Assembly (NCBI GenBank): GCA_963924565.1
Contig: OZ004613.1
Span: 15,996,001-16,060,000 of the forward strand
Source: Ascidiella aspersa
Taxonomy: Eukaryota
Reading direction: 5' to 3'
DNA length: 64,000 nt
Shown here: in pieces, positions 28,501 to 38,719 of the stretch
How positions within the stretch are numbered: the first letter of the stretch is position 1
Layout of the letters: each line of letters opens with the position of its first letter
Made by a program: the position numbers and the translations under genes
The notes under the pieces: generated by a model
Database searches by the model: none
Told to the model about the DNA's origin: nothing
What the model saw: only the letters and a program-made list of their open reading frames with translations

Positions 28501-30666
28501 TAAATCGACTATTGTGGCAAAGATAAGTTATCATTTTGCGATGGCTGCGGAATTTGTGTTCTATTAAAAAATCGTTGCCAATTATACCACGTCGGAAACT
28601 GTGCTTGTAGTCCTGCGATTTATAGTCCTCAACTCGAGTAGACTGAACAATGCTTTGAAGGAAAAGCTAGTTGTGCCGCACTCAAGCTGCTTTGTATTAA
28701 GAATGACGACCCAAGCGCTCTCGACTTTTTATACCGGGGTTGGTTTTGCAATTTCTTGACCCAATTTGTTTAACTGTGCTCCGTTTGCGAAGACTGTAAA
28801 TACAATTGTTTCTCACGGTGCCACACCGTTTTTGAAGTATAGTAGTTATAGAACAGTCGCTAGATGTACGATTTTAATCCTACGAAAATATTTTCCGGAT
28901 ATATCATATGTTTATTTTTAACTTGTTTACCCAGAATAATTTTTAAAAAATATTATAAAGAATTCAATACGAGCCCCGTCCACTGTCCAGGTATCAAAAC
29001 AATATGAGGTTATCCCTTTTACACATTGACCAAACCTGATGTTTGTTAATTACATATCTCCTTTCATTAGTTTAGTTAATATGATACAACTAAATTAGTT
29101 AATATGATACATAAGAATCATCGTTTTGACATGCATCTTATTTTTTCGTTTGCAGGAATATGTTATGTTGGAAACCTAGAACCTGACTCGCTTATGTATT
29201 TCGTCATCATCCCGCTGACCTTTTACCTGTTGAGTGGAACGGTTGCAGTGATTCTCGGTTTCGGGTATTTGTTTAAGATCCGGAGAGTCATCAAGCATCA
29301 GCAGAGTGACAAGGCAGCCCTCAAACTCGAGAAGCTTATGTTTAAGATCGGACTCTTTTCAGTCCTTTACATTGTTCCCGTGGCTTGCGTTGTCGCTGTA
29401 AACTTTTATCAATATCGGAATTACGCAACTTGGATCCAGAAGGCTCAAATCTCAACTTGTGGTGATCCCTCGTTTTTAACAAATACCTATCAAGACCCAT
29501 TTGAGTCACGCAGTGGACACTATAAATCACAATACGATGTCGGTAGAAGTCATGATGAAACCATGTCTAGTCGCCACACCAAACGGTCGTTAGCCGTCGC
29601 TAATAGAGCAGCGGATTCTCCTTTAGGGGACAGGATTCGTGCAGCTAAATTGGATTGCCATCTTGACGAATCAATTCCATCGCTTCCCATTTTCGCTATT
29701 AAAATATTTATGTCACTGGTGGCCGGAATAACAAGTGGTATGTGGGTTTGGAGTGCTAAAACTTTGGAATCTTGGAAACGAACCTTTCAAATACTCAGGT
29801 AAACCATGTGACATTGTTTTTTCAAACATAAGTCACTAATTGGTAAAACATTGTTATATATTTTTGGTTTTATAAAGGGCGAAAGTATGATGATCACATG
29901 TTAAGAATAGTACTTTTGAAAAATTAGCCTTAATGCACTGCATCTTTACCTAGCACAAATTTGCAGTCTGGGCCTGAAAACTCTTAGGATAATGAACTAG
30001 TGTTGGCTAAACTACGACTCAAATATTTAGTTACTTTCTTTCTGTATAAATAGGAGGTGTGCCAAAGTACAACATCAACAAAATGCTGATAACCAAAGTA
30101 AGAACTCACAAAACAAAGATATCGATGAACGAACCCAAAATGGAAATCAACGTCTTTACGAAGTGGCACTCGAGGACACAAAAACTGCTCCAGAAGATGT
30201 CTGTCATCACAAGATACCATTGGGTTATCAGATGCCTCACTTGGAAAACCACCAACCTCATTTGGTCAGACACTCGCAAAACGGAATACCGCTAATACCA
30301 GCAAAAAATTCAAGTCAAGCGTACCACGAGATGGTTATGTGCTGGCAGCCTTTGTCACCAGCAATGAACGTTTTCCATCAACAATCGGTTACCTTACCAA
30401 ATTGCTTGGACTTGGTGCCAAGTCATTCATCACAAATCAAACTGGGACTCGAGAACGAACTAATTTCTATAAGCAACAGTGACGGCAGTGGCTCAGGTGC
30501 AGCTCACAACAAGCAACTATGCTTCCGAAAGTCCTACCAGATGTACAGTAATTCGCGAAGTGATGGACTTGATTTAAATACAAATTTAGTTAACCCGTAT
30601 TGGTTAAATTCGACTTTGCCTCACAGCAAACGTCAGACTTTATCGGCTTCAACTGGAAACGTATGA
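22545..30666 (+). CDS. FZD10: Frizzled-9/10 family Wnt receptor, 9 coding exons, about 887 aa
   Basis: Exons 22545-22704, 22924-23087, 23253-23634, 23710-23842, 24042-24212, 24437-24667, 27766-27932, 29156-29798, 30054-30666; all GT-AG and phase-consistent (2664 nt). 10-Cys CRD ([31 protein letters not shown]), [48 protein letters not shown]. The motifs are FZD9/10-type; AATAAA at 30799. Confidence 0.9.
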
Positions 30667-31051
30667 AAGCCCAGATATTTCGTACTTCTGACGTTTGTAA
30701 CTTATATTTATATCGTTCACATTTTCTGTTCCAATATTTTATTTTTGTGTTACTTTTGTGGAACTGTACTGCGTCAACATCGTTTAATTTTGCGTCATAA
30801 TAAAATTAAAATAAAAACAAAAATATTCCTAATTTACATGAACATCTAAGTCATTTTGGAAGACATGTAAGTCATTTCAGACTATATTGAAATATTAGCG
30901 AAAAAGGGAGTATAAAAGGAAAAAGAGCGGTAAAAATTATTGGCTGATTTAAATCGTCACTGCGCGACCCATCTTTAAATTCTTCGCGATACATGGGTAT
31001 ATTGGCAAAACGATCAAAATGTGCTGGCCATTTAAACCAGGTGTTCTACCG

Positions 31052-32260
31052 CAGTGGTCGGCAAACGCCGGTCCGCGGACCGGTACTGGTCCGCGAGAAG
31101 TTTGTTACCGGTCCGTATAGCAGGGTTGCCAGATTAAATATTTTTAAACGCGAACTGTTCGTAGAACTTGATAAAAATTAAAAAACAATTAAATATATTT
31201 TTATATTTAAAACACACTCACTTTCGTTTAAATAGATTCCGTGGTTGATTTGCTTTGATAACAAATCACAATTAGTATCAAGCTCTCGTGAGGTTCAAAA
31301 TAACTATGCTGTCGCCATATGAGTTACATAGCACGTTCACAACATCTAAAAATGCTTATTTTTATTACAAAATCTAACTCATATAGTACTTACAATGTAT
31401 CGAAAAATTGATTAAAACATCATGTTTTTTTATGTTTAAGCGTGCTCACCCTAAAGTGCAATAAAATACATTCACACAAACAAGAAATGTCCCATAATAT
31501 AATGATGTATTATTTTGATATTTAAGCAGAAAGGTTTTGAAAAAACGTTTGCATATTAATTGGTTTTTGCAAGTTTATGCCTATAATTTTAGTTTTAGAC
31601 TATAAAAGTGACAGAAAAAACAAAAAGCCAAATGATTTTTCTGACATTATCCACGTTAAAAAAGGCCATATTGGTGAAACTGGTTGTGAAAAAAGCCAAT
31701 CTGGCAAGCCTTGTACGTAGCCTATGTTAATTCTATACTTTGCAGGTGGCATGCAGTCTGTGGTTCGTACTTTTCATATTGCCAATATTTTATTCGTTTA
31801 GCTTTTATATTACATAAATAAAGTTTCTTGTAGGGCCTGGACAAAAATGGGATTTAAAATACATTATTGTATGTTATACAAAGCGTGACTTCGTTTGAAA
31901 GAACGCTTTAATTGTTTTGACAAGCTGGTAGGAATAGGAATTGGTAATAATTGCATAAGTGTAATTTAATGGTATACAGTTGTAATTTAGGAAAAAATGC
32001 AAAGGTCTAAAAGTTTTATTCAAATAAGCCGCGGGCTGAGCTAAAATAAATTGCTTGGCGGGCCGGATGCCGCCCGTAGGTCTAAGTAAGCTGAATAATT
32101 CCTAGATGGGAACATCTCTTGCGCAAAATAGCATAAAGTTCGTAATACAAAGTTGCAATAAATTTTCTTTACTGAACATTTGTTGTTTTTACAAGGCCGG
32201 TCCGCGCCAAAACTTCAGTTTTAAACCGGTCCGCCGTGCAAAAAAGGTTGCCGGCCCCTG
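31052..32260. mobile_element. hAT non-autonomous element with a nested CAGGGTTGCCAGA-type MITE (31121-~31713)
   Basis: CAGTGGTCGGCAA...TTGCCGGCCCCTG termini; perfect TSD TTCTACCG (31044-31051, 32261-32268); subterminal CCGGTCCGC motifs. Confidence 0.88.
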
Positions 32261-32885
32261 TTCTACCGCATAAAACTGAAAGCACCACAAAAATGCTATT
32301 TCGATTAACTTAATTAAGCTCATGGGCGGATTCAAAAAATGTTTTTGACTTTAACAAGATAGTAACCTATATCCTTTATTGAACGTCATCCGATTGTATC
32401 TGGTTTCCAATAATAGAAGTAAGCCGGTACTGAACCTAGGGCGCACGACATCAAAAAAAAAATTGTGTTTAGCTGAAAAAATTATTCTACTTTCGTCCCT
32501 GGTGGTTTCTGTGTAGATGTCGAGTTTATGACTCTAAAAACTTGATGTTTTCCACAATCAGCTCTGTAAATAAAACTATAACGAATGAAATTTTGTGTGT
32601 GCCCTATATGGCACAACAATAAAAGGGTTTGTATTTAAACTCGATTTAAGCACACTTGTTAAAGTTGAAAGTTATTAAGCACATTAAGATTTTGTTTAAG
32701 CTATTTTCGATATCACACAAAATACAAAACATACCGGCCTAAAGATTAACGAGACAATTCTGATAGTTTGATATTAGCCTACATGCAATTGTTGAAATAT
32801 TTTGAAACCCAGTGGGAGATTGTATTTCAATGTAGTTTTTACATTTGGATAACGAATTTCAAAAAAGCACAATTAACATAGCATA

Positions 32886-33043
32886 ATAATGAATTGCAAA
32901 GCCAAAAAGGTTGAGTAGATCGACATGAACTTGGTTAACAGATTTCGATACGAGCTTGTATCATTTTCAGTTATAGTCGTCTTCAAGATCATCTCCAAGA
33001 TGACGTCGATCTACTGGACCTTTTTGGCTTTGCAAATCATTAT
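32886..33043. repeat. Imperfect palindrome, possibly derived from a Penelope-like element
   Basis: ATAATGAATTGCAAAGCCAAAAAGGTTGAGTAGATCGAC...GTCGATCTACTGGACCTTTTTGGCTTTGCAAATCATTAT; the loop reads CTGAAAAT-GATAC-AAGCTC-GTATC-GAAA on the minus strand. Confidence 0.7.
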
Positions 33044-33719
33044 CAAGCCACATTACAGATCCGTGCATAGTGTACAAACAATTAACATAGATTTAACACT
33101 TTGAGTGGAAATTGTAACGGTGTGGCTCTGGGGAAAAATTGCTGTGGCTCAGAACAATTAATTTATTTTAAGGAAACAGGATCAAATAACTTTGTCAATG
33201 TTAAAAGTTGCCTACAAGTAGTCTAAAACTAACTTTGTTGTGACGTAATGCGAGTCAAAATTACATTCAAGTAAGAAAAATAAAAGTCGATATGATGGTT
33301 AAATGGACTAACACACGAAAAATTTAGCGAGCAACAATGAATAGTGCCACGCGTCGTCGTCGTATGTTCAAGCGGCCCGCCAAACTGGTTAAATTTGTAC
33401 TTTTTATATGCTAATTAGAACAGCGACAATTTTTTTGCAATGTATTTGTTTGACCATTGCCTTAGTTGTGTAAAACGTGTTACAATTACAGATATATCGA
33501 ATAGAAATAGACGATTATTAAATGCTTGTTACTCTGATTCAATCATACAATGCGAAATGCGAATTTCAAACATATATTTTTTTATGACTTTTTATTCTCT
33601 GCCGTTGTTAGCAATGTGACTTCTAAATCTAAATGTTATCGCTTGAACATATATCCTATTGAAGGAATTTCAAATCAATACAGTAGCATACCGGTATTTT
33701 TATTTATAATAAGTATGAA

Positions 33720-34405
33720 AGATGCAGCAACAATATTAGGCCGTACATGTGTGGCTGTGAAACATCTAATTGTTCGTATTCGCAAACGTAAATTTTACTT
33801 TTTGTTAAAACAAATTGCAAATAATGTGTGCTTATTTGAAATGAAACGACGAAATACCCAACTACTAAGCACGTCAAACATCTTTTACGTAACGAAAACT
33901 ACTGACATATATCAATAGGGAACACTCACTAACGTAAAACCTTCAGTTGTTAGCAGCCATTGTTCGCATTACGTGATATTCAGCAAATACGTAATCCTGG
34001 TACTATACTGCGTCCAACGTAGGTAAAATCTCGTTTGAAACTGAAAATTGGTTACTATTAAAACCGCCGCATTGAATGCGAAATTTTTTGAACTTTACCT
34101 AAATCAAGAAGTTATTAAACATATAAGTCTTAAGTTGAAAACATTAAAACTTATTACTATTAAGGCAATCAGTATGTTATGACTTAAATTTGATTTGTAA
34201 TGATGAAAACCCGCGACATTTATCGATCCAGAGTTATTAACAAACGTTAAACTTGAAGTTGTAACAGCAATTGTTTAGACTTATTCAAGCAAATAATACC
34301 GGCACCAAACTGCGTCATACGTGAAAGAAATCCTTGAATATAAAAATTGCTTAAGGGTGACCGGTTTGCGAAGGCGCTCGCTTACCTTCCTCAAAAAGAT
34401 ATCTC
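33720..34405 (+). repeat. About 0.7-kb interspersed repeat; second direct copy at ~37180-37210 plus ~37660-38325
   Basis: Long colinear matches, e.g. AATTGCAAATAATGTGTGCTTATTTGAAAT, GTGATATTCAGCAAATACGTAATCCTGGTAC, CTTACCTTCCTCAAAAAGATATCTC. Confidence 0.85.
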
Positions 34406-34427
34406 CGAGCACCCGCCGGATTATATT

Positions 34428-34927
34428 CAGCTTGCAAGACTACTAAACTAGAATTCTAGTTTTATAATTATTTGAATTAGAGCAAAATACGGCTAATTCT
34501 AATTCTAATCTAATTTGTGAATTGCTTGTTTGTTCTAATTCTAGTTCCAATCTAATTCGGATTTTATCAAAAATGCTACTTATCCAACGGTGTTTTTAGT
34601 ATCTCAGTTAAAACACAGAATTTCAATTTGGATTCTTTGGTTTGAACGACTTGTATGTAATTTTTACTGTCTAAAAAGCATGAAAAGGCATAAAAATTAG
34701 CACACACATATTTACCGTTCGCGTTCTTATAAGAACAAATTGCGATTAAATCAAATTGATTGTAAATAATTAAATGTGATTCTAGTTCAAATTCTAGTTG
34801 AAATTTAATTTTTTAGGAATTCGCTAATTCTAATTCTAATCTAATTTGAGAAAACTCAAAACGATCTAGTTCTATAATTTTTAATCTAATTTGGAAAAGC
34901 TAAAATAAATCTAGTTGTCCAAGTCTG
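34428..34927. mobile_element. Degenerate MITE with CTAATT/CTAGTT subterminal repeats
   Basis: CAG..CTTG / CCAAGTCTG ends; GCTAATTCTAATTCTAATCTAATTTG at ~34492 and ~34823. Confidence 0.55.
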
Positions 34928-35849
34928 CCTTTGTGGAACAGGGGTGTACACAACAGTGTTTTTCCTTTTAATGAGCGCAGTAAAACTTGCTTTTGTGCAC
35001 TTATATCATACAAAAATTAAAAAAATCTCTACATTTATTTTGCATTCAACATTTTTCACTGATGCTTGTAGCTAAATTCAAGCGACTAAATCAACACGGC
35101 TTTATAGATTGTGACGTAATATGTCTCTGTTGTAAATTCCTTCGCCTGATTGGTTTTCATTCTCCATGCTGTGTATTTTGTTATCTCACGTTGAATTAAA
35201 TGTCTACACAGGTAATACAAGCTAAAAGGAAAAAAAATTAGAAGAGTTCTGAACACACCAGTGGAATTTTCGACAATAATTGGGGTTCATGAAATCAGAA
35301 TGAATTTTGGGATATCTTTTTAGTACAACTGCATTTTATCGCCCATGAACACAGCATCCAAAGAAAAACGACCCTATTCAAGTTTCAAATTTTGACAAAT
35401 TAAACTAAAATTCGATAAACGATAAAAATTAAGGCGGCTTACAGAAAGGATTTTTATTACACATTTCTTTGTGTCCATGAGCTAGCGTACCGTGGATTCA
35501 CAGCTCTTAATAAATTCAATTTCTGTCGAATTTTTTCGCGCTTGAGCCAATTCTATAAAATCTTTGGAATATTGCCATTGCATTGTATTGCAGGTAACAT
35601 ATCTACACCTTGAAATTTAACAGGGTAACGCACTGTAATTTTCGGGTTTAGCGTGATTTTTCACGTAATTTCTGTGCAGGCAACATGCAGCTGTTGAGTC
35701 AATGGTCCTCACAAATTGGCAAAATCATCTTGATATATGCAAATGAGTAAGTAGTTCGTGATTCTTGATTGTGTGCTAACGGCATCACATATATCCTATC
35801 TTTCCGTATTAGACGTTTTGTCAATTTAACCCAAATATAATCGGATATT

Positions 35850-36485
35850 TTTTCGCGCTACCTCTTTGTTGCTCGCTTGCAGTGCACATTTATGAGTTCA
35901 ACCGAGAACAGAAAGTTTCTTACGCTTTGTAAGGTCATCTTCACGACTTGCCGCCATACAAAAACATTAATCTGCCCCGGGCCCCTCTGCAAACTCAACC
36001 TTAAAATATTCTTGCCCACCAAATGAAATATTTGCTCTGTTGACAAGTGCCTCAATGCTATGCGCATCATCATTAGCTGCCCCAACTTGCAATCCATCCA
36101 GACCGCTGAGGTTCGTCGCAGGGGAACCACATTATGTTTAGGTCTCCCTCATAAAACAACATCTACTCCACCATAAGATCGCAAGGCCGGAAGCTCAATC
36201 AAAAGACTGCCATCGCGACGCTCCTTTGTGTAACCTCAATCAAAGACTTCCAACCCGACGCACCTTAAGCTGATACTGCCGACTGCCTAAAATTACTGCA
36301 GGACAGTGACAGCACTAGTGCTGTCGAATGGATGGGCATCAAAAGGAACGAGGAGTGGGATCAGTATAATAAAGCTTCCGGTTTTGGTCGATTGGGCGAT
36401 TAAAGTCATTCATAAACGAATGGGACCCGGTTCCAACTGTGGCCTGCGATTGTGGTGCGAAGGGGCAAACTGCAAGCAACATGAG
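35850..36485 (+). pseudogene. Old 3' remnant of an Ingi/Vingi-like LINE
   Basis: Manual translation gives VDKCLNAMRIIISC..IQTAEVRRRGTTL and GRLKSFINEW..ACDCGAKGQTA, matching the C-terminus of the LINE at 38628-41790 (LDVPINNCLRTITGC..IEPTNIRREGAT; CECGATQTAIH). Confidence 0.65.
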
Positions 36486-36873
36486 TCGGTTAAAAACAAC
36501 CCGAGTCCGACTCCCGAGTCCGACTCTGGCCAAAAAATACACCCGAGTCCGACTCCCAAGTCCCGAGTCTGACTCCGGCCAAATGTAAGATTTGTCGAGT
36601 CTTCCAGCTCTGACTCTACAGCCTGTATTTTACTCATTTACGCAACTAAATTAAGGTGGATTTTCTGCAATCCACTCATATTGGTTTCATAATTGATCCA
36701 CCCGCATTATATGGTTTAAAAATATTTTACCATTTCCTATTACACTTTTACAACTTTTTGCCGCGGGCCTTAACAGTTTTAAAATTTGATAATGCGCATG
36801 CGCACGTCGGACTCGGGACTCGGGTAGTTTTACGCGGTCTTACTCGAGTCCCGAGTCCGACTCCGCAGCCCTG
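36483..36873. mobile_element. hAT-type MITE with GAGTCCGACTC subterminal repeats, left end missing
   Basis: Repeated CCGAGTCCGACTC; right terminus CCGACTCCGCAGCCCTG. Confidence 0.7.
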
Positions 36874-36905
36874 GCCACATGTAGTCTCACTTTCCGTTAT
36901 AAGTA

Positions 36906-38497
36906 TAGGCTTGCCATTTTTTAGAAACGTAAATCCGGGACGCATTTTGAAAACTGCAAATAAACTTAATGTAGACCTAATACAAAAGAATTTAGTGCAA
37001 ATAATTAACTTAACGGGGTTGCGGTTGTTTTATATTTTGTCAGGGGGTATTTTTTAGGGCCCTAGTTTTAAGGGTGGTTTGTCTAAGTAATTTAAATTGT
37101 AGCCGAAAGTATTGTCTGTATTGTGAATAAATGAGTTGAGTAAATACTTTCTACAATTAAAGTAGGATGCGGCCCTCGTGAAAGCAGCAACAATTTTAGG
37201 CCGTACATGTTGGCAAAGGCGCTGTGTCCATAATAAATTCGTATTCCCCTGACCAAATCATTCTCAAGCATAAGTTAAACAAAATACAAGATTCCATCAA
37301 GCTGGCCTGTTAAAACTATTACATATTAGGTTGTATTCTGCGTCATTTGCTTGAGGTGCGTGTTATTGCCGATGATTTAAAAAGGTAATTTATCAGGTTA
37401 CTAAAAAGTAATGTTTGGCTTGAGTGCTAACTAGTGTGTAAAGTCGTAAACATTTTAATTTTTTCTAAATAAAACATTTTAATTTCTCTAATCGTTAATT
37501 GTTATAAAGCATATATGTTGGTCGTCCCTTGACTATGGTTTGCTTATTGTGCCTGAAATGGGTTAACTAAATGATTCCCCACAAGTGGAGTCACATTCTC
37601 TACCCTGTGTGGAAGCAGCATTTAATCGGATGACGTGTTATAATTTATCGCATTTATCTGCGTGACTGTGAAACTTCTAAAAAGTCTTCGCAAACTAAAA
37701 TCTTACATTTGTTGAAACAAAATTGCAAATAATGTGTGCTTATTTGAAATAAAATGACTAAATACCCAACGGCTAAGCACGTCAAACATCATTTACGTAA
37801 CGAAAACCAGTGACCTATATCGATAGGGAACCACTCACTAACGTAAAACCTTAAGTTGTATAGCAGCCATTGTTCGCATTGCGTGATATTCAGCAAATAC
37901 GTAATCCTGGTACCATACTGCGTACCTACAACGTAAGTGAAATCTCATTTGAAACTGAAAATTGGTTACTATTAAAACTGCCGCTTTAAATGCGAAATTT
38001 TGCGAACTTTACCTAAATTTTGCGCGATAACAAACATCAAGAAGTTTTTAAACATAAGTCTTAAGTTGGAAACATTAAAACTTATTTTTGTTAAGGCAAT
38101 CAGTATGTTATGACTTCAATTTGATTGTAATGCTGAAAACTCGCGACATTTATCGATCCAGAATTACTAACAAACGTTAAACTTGAAGTTGTAACAGCAA
38201 TTGTTTAGACTTAATAATACCGGCACCAAACTGCGTCATACGTGAAAAAAATCCTTGAAAATTAAAATTGCTTAACGGTGACCGGTTCGCGACGGCGCTC
38301 GCTTACCTTCCTCAAAAAGATATCTCTCAGCAATTTTGAGAAAGAATTGCTAAATGCCTTACTCAAGAGTTTTACATTTTTTAATTTTTTTCTTAAATTT
38401 GAAAAATCCGGGACAAAATGGTTAACCAGGCGGGACACCGGGACAAGGCCTTCAAACCGGGATTGTCCCGGCTAAACCGGGACGTATGGCAAGCCTA
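36906..38497. mobile_element. hAT non-autonomous element (TAGG termini)
   Basis: TIR TAGGCTTGCCAT / ATGGCAAGCCTA; subterminal CCGGGAC repeats; GTTATAAG on both flanks (36896-36903 followed by 2 extra nt; 38498-38505). Confidence 0.8.
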
Positions 38498-38624
38498 GTT
38501 ATAAGGTCTATAAGTTAAGTTAAATGAATTTTTGGAGATAGGCCTTCAGGTCTCATTTTTTTATCAATGTTTATTAGCCTACTGAAATAAGTTAAGTAAA
38601 CCACCAAGTGTTCTTAAATTTGTC

Positions 38625-38719
38625 GTGATGAAAGCAAGTACCTTCACGTGGTCGTTCCCGTAAGTACCAGAGCCTATCAGAGGTAATCTGAGAAACAATC
38701 CTGAGAAACGAAACTTGCT
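38625..38719 (+). ncRNA. HDV/CPEB3-like self-cleaving ribozyme at the LINE 5' end (P1 5' strand truncated)
   Basis: P2 AGCAAGT(38633-39)/ACTTGCT(38713-19); P3 ACC/GGT; L3 TTCACGT (as in CPEB3); P1 3' strand CGTTCCC(38653-59) pairs with GATG(38627-30); J1/4 GT; P4 includes hairpin TCAGA-GGTAA-TCTGA; J4/2 CGAA with the catalytic-position C at 38709. Confidence 0.8.

Noticed and set aside
38633-38719. Type III hammerhead reading of the LINE 5' end (AGCAAGTA...CTGAGA...GAAACTTGCT)
   Set aside because: No CUGAnGA core and no stem II; the HDV-like fold accounts for the segments much better.
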